IMG/VR virus record: IMGVR_UViG_3300027973_002292
Location: 32,001-96,000 of that record
Length of the DNA: 64,000 nt
Direction: 5' to 3' (one strand)
Origin: a virus
A program made the translations under genes and the position numbers. The notes under the pieces were generated by a model. The model saw only the letters and a list, made by a program, of their open reading frames with translations. It made no database searches and had not been told where the DNA came from. Positions 61,878 to 64,000 of the stretch are shown here, piece after piece. Positions within the stretch are counted from its first letter, which is position 1. Each line of letters starts with the position of its first letter.

Positions 61878-62924
61878 GAGCTGAATGTCGTTTTTGACCA
61901 TTTTTTCGACGAGAGCGTTAAACGAGATTTTTGGCGACCATTTAAGCTCTTCTCTCGCTGGCTCAGAATTTCCGAGGAGAAGCTCAACTTCTGCCGGTCT
62001 ATAAAATTTAGGATTTATTTTAATTAAAACAGACGAGGTGGGTTCGTTTTTCAAAGCGTATTCGGTCGTGACACTGTACTCTTCAGACAATCCTTGCCCG
62101 TGCCAAGCCCCTTCAATTCCGGCAATCTTAAATGCCTTCTCAATAAACTCTCTAATAGAATGAGTCTCGTCGCTAGAAAGAACGTAGTCTTTCGGCTTTT
62201 CTTGATTTAGCATTTTCCATACGCCATCAACAAAGTCTTCAGAATCAGACCAGTCCCTTTTAGAATCTACATTACCTAATTCAATTGGGTTGAATACTTG
62301 ATTGTTGTCTATAGCTTTTTTAATCCTTGCCGCGCCTTTGGTGATTTTGCGAGTTACAAATTCTTCGCCTCTCTTTGTGCCTTCATGATTAAATAAAATA
62401 CCATGAACAGCGTATAAACGATAAGACTCTCTATAGACCTTAACAATGTGTCTAGCTGAAGCTTTTGATGCGCCATATGGACTTCTTGGTTTTATTGGGT
62501 GTTTTATGTCTTGAGGAAAATATTCAACATCTCCGAATTCTTCGCTAGATCCAGCAGAGTAGAATCTGCAATTTGGCTTTAGTTTTCTTATAGCCTCTAA
62601 GCACCGCAGGACTCCATTAGAGTTAACCTCAAATGTTTGCAGAGGCATTTCCCAGCTACAGCCAACAAAGCTTTGCGCTCCAAAATTAATAAAATAATCT
62701 GGTTGAATTTCTTTAACTAAAGAGTCAATTGACACGCTATCAGACAAATCTCCATACACAAATTTAAATCTTTCATTAGTGGAGAAGGAATTGCAATTAA
62801 TAAAATTTGGATTAGAGCTTCTGCGCATCATGCCATAAATAAAATAATCAGTGTTCTTTAGCAAATATTCAGCCATGTTAGCTCCGTCCTGCCCAAGAAT
62901 GCCAGTGATTAGAATGTTTTTCAT
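61863..62924 (-). CDS. gmd: GDP-mannose 4,6-dehydratase
   Basis: ITGILGQDG, GDLSD, NFGAQSFV, AGSSEEFG, PRSPYGASK, GILFNHE, FVTRKIT, LGNVDSKRDW, FYRPAEVELL. Start is probably ATG 62924. Confidence 0.95.
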   Translation of the reverse strand: MKNILITGILGQDGANMAEYLLKNTDYFIYGMMRRSSNPNFINCNSFSTNERFKFVYGDLSDSVSIDSLVKEIQPDYFINFGAQSFVGCSWEMPLQTFEVNSNGVLRCLEAIRKLKPNCRFYSAGSSEEFGDVEYFPQDIKHPIKPRSPYGASKASARHIVKVYRESYRLYAVHGILFNHEGTKRGEEFVTRKITKGAARIKKAIDNNQVFNPIELGNVDSKRDWSDSEDFVDGVWKMLNQEKPKDYVLSSDETHSIREFIEKAFKIAGIEGAWHGQGLSEEYSVTTEYALKNEPTSSVLIKINPKFYRPAEVELLLGNSEPAREELKWSPKISFNALVEKMVKNDIQLLTGA

Positions 62925-62935
62925 ACTAATTATAA

Positions 62936-63844
62936 TCAAGCGGAATAAATGTAACTAGAATATTTAGAGATGTTGTCAATAAGCCATCTTGGATGAGTCT
63001 TTGAAGATATCTCTACTATCTGAGTATTGTAATCAGAAAGGACTCTTTTCTCGGCTTCTAGCGGAGTCTTAATATCAAAGTAAGAAACTTCATGGCCGCC
63101 ATCTCTTGAGTGAGCCCAGCTTTTGTATTTTTTCAAAGTTTTTTCTCCTTTTGTGTCATCTAAGAATGTGAAGTGCCATCCAGCGTCTTCTATTGGGTAA
63201 TGAGTGCTGAGAGAGTAGTATCTGAGTTCTGTGTGTTTGATTTTATTTAAATTAGAAAATAAAGTCATGCATGCAACAGCGGTTTTTTTGCTATACAAAT
63301 TTAATTTATAGACATACATATCTAAATCAAATCCAAATATAGGAGCGTAATCATAAGAAGTAGTTATATGTTTTTTTGCAAAATGACAGTAAAGATTGTA
63401 TTTTTTGTTATCTGAAAAAGTTTCCTCAGCCTCAGAGAAGGCGTGTTCGTTTAATATTTCATCTGCGCAAGTAAAAAGAACAATATCAGAATCTTTTGGT
63501 TTTTGCTCAACTAAGACTGCTGTTAAATATTCCGCTTGAAGATTGTCTCTCATCCAATCGTTCAAAACTAGAGATGGCTGTTTTTGAATCGTTTTGTATA
63601 TTTTTTTAGAAATTATATCTGGATAAATATCGTACAAATCAACAAAAGAATCGAATGATCTGTATATTATTTTTTCAGAATACTTTTTAAATCTTTCGTG
63701 ATCGAAGAGTAGATCTTTTTTTACTCCGGTGTGAGTTTCTCCTGCTTCGACGATAATAAATTTATCTACGAAATTCCAATGCTGGTTTAATTTAATTTCA
63801 AGAAGATCGTTCTCTTGAAAAAACATTGATGCTTCAAATATCAT
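62936..63844 (-). CDS. GT17-like glycosyltransferase (beta-1,4-GlcNAc transferase family)
   Basis: FFQENDLLEIKL...VDKFIIVEA..THTG..K, W.RDNLQ, DIVLFTCADEI, DAGWHFTF. Confidence 0.8.
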   Translation of the reverse strand: MIFEASMFFQENDLLEIKLNQHWNFVDKFIIVEAGETHTGVKKDLLFDHERFKKYSEKIIYRSFDSFVDLYDIYPDIISKKIYKTIQKQPSLVLNDWMRDNLQAEYLTAVLVEQKPKDSDIVLFTCADEILNEHAFSEAEETFSDNKKYNLYCHFAKKHITTSYDYAPIFGFDLDMYVYKLNLYSKKTAVACMTLFSNLNKIKHTELRYYSLSTHYPIEDAGWHFTFLDDTKGEKTLKKYKSWAHSRDGGHEVSYFDIKTPLEAEKRVLSDYNTQIVEISSKTHPRWLIDNISKYSSYIYSA

Positions 63845-63846
63845 AA

Positions 63847-63999
63847 TTACACCTCATCTAATCCAACCCACTCAGGAGGAAACCATTTGTGGTTTAAAAG
63901 ATTTGATCCAGCGTGGTTGGGTTCTAAAAAATAATTTGGACAAATAATTTTTTTGTTTATATTTTTATTTAAAAATGAAGCCCAAAAACTAAAAGAACT
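63847..63999 (-). CDS. C-terminal end of a GT11 alpha-1,2-fucosyltransferase-like protein (truncated by window edge; not in the ORF track)
   Basis: Manual translation gives SSFSFWASFLNKNINKKIICPNYF...WFPPEWVGLDEV*, matching the GT11 signature NSSFSWWAAxL...K.II.P...P..W. Confidence 0.75.
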   Translation of the reverse strand, partial: SSFSFWASFLNKNINKKIICPNYFLEPNHAGSNLLNHKWFPPEWVGLDEV

Positions 64000-64000
64000 A

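Noticed and set aside
62925-62960. Fifth leaderless promoter before gmd (TATAAT 4 nt before ATG)
   Set aside because: No TTGAC-like -35 at 16-18 nt spacing, and TATAAT is frequent by chance in this AT-rich DNA.
1-64000. Stop-codon reassignment as seen in some large phages
   Set aside because: Genes tile the window almost without gaps under code 11, and TAA, TGA and TAG all end genes at sensible places.
1-64000. CRISPR array, tRNA/rRNA genes, diversity-generating retroelement, integrase or transposase
   Set aside because: I saw no spaced nucleotide repeats, no intergenic room for structured RNAs, no reverse transcriptase or TR/VR pair and no recombinase motifs. This was checked by eye only.

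Overview
The window is a 64-kb, AT-rich, gene-dense segment of a large tailed dsDNA bacteriophage (Caudoviricetes), read with the standard code 11. It has two convergent blocks that abut at 48296/48297. The + strand (1-48296) is a virion morphogenesis module: a partial LamG-repeat protein, an Ig-domain protein, putative neck/terminator proteins, a major tail tube, putative chaperones, a 3469-aa tape measure protein (TMP) and about 30 kb of very large putative tail-tip proteins. No sheath gene lies next to the tube gene. The - strand (48297-64000) is a replication/recombination and glycosylation module: GT11, GT17, Gmd, RecA, endonuclease, DnaB, primase, PD-(D/E)XK nuclease, a DnaE split into separate PHP and polymerase genes with a DnaQ-like gene between them, a Whirly-like putative SSB, GT4/GT9 and a Rad52-like protein. 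The strongest candidate for a new system is the TMP. It carries 11 copies of an xxG[YF][IV]PNF-type motif, and these bracket discrete enzyme-like domains (kinase-like, HhH glycosylase-like, an unknown domain, RimK-like ATP-grasp). This suggests a cassette-type polyprotein that delivers effectors during DNA injection. Two regulatory signatures are also visible: a GTGTAA motif before structural genes, and sigma70-type promoters placed to give leaderless mRNAs for four - strand genes. All family assignments come from motif recognition by eye; no searches were run.
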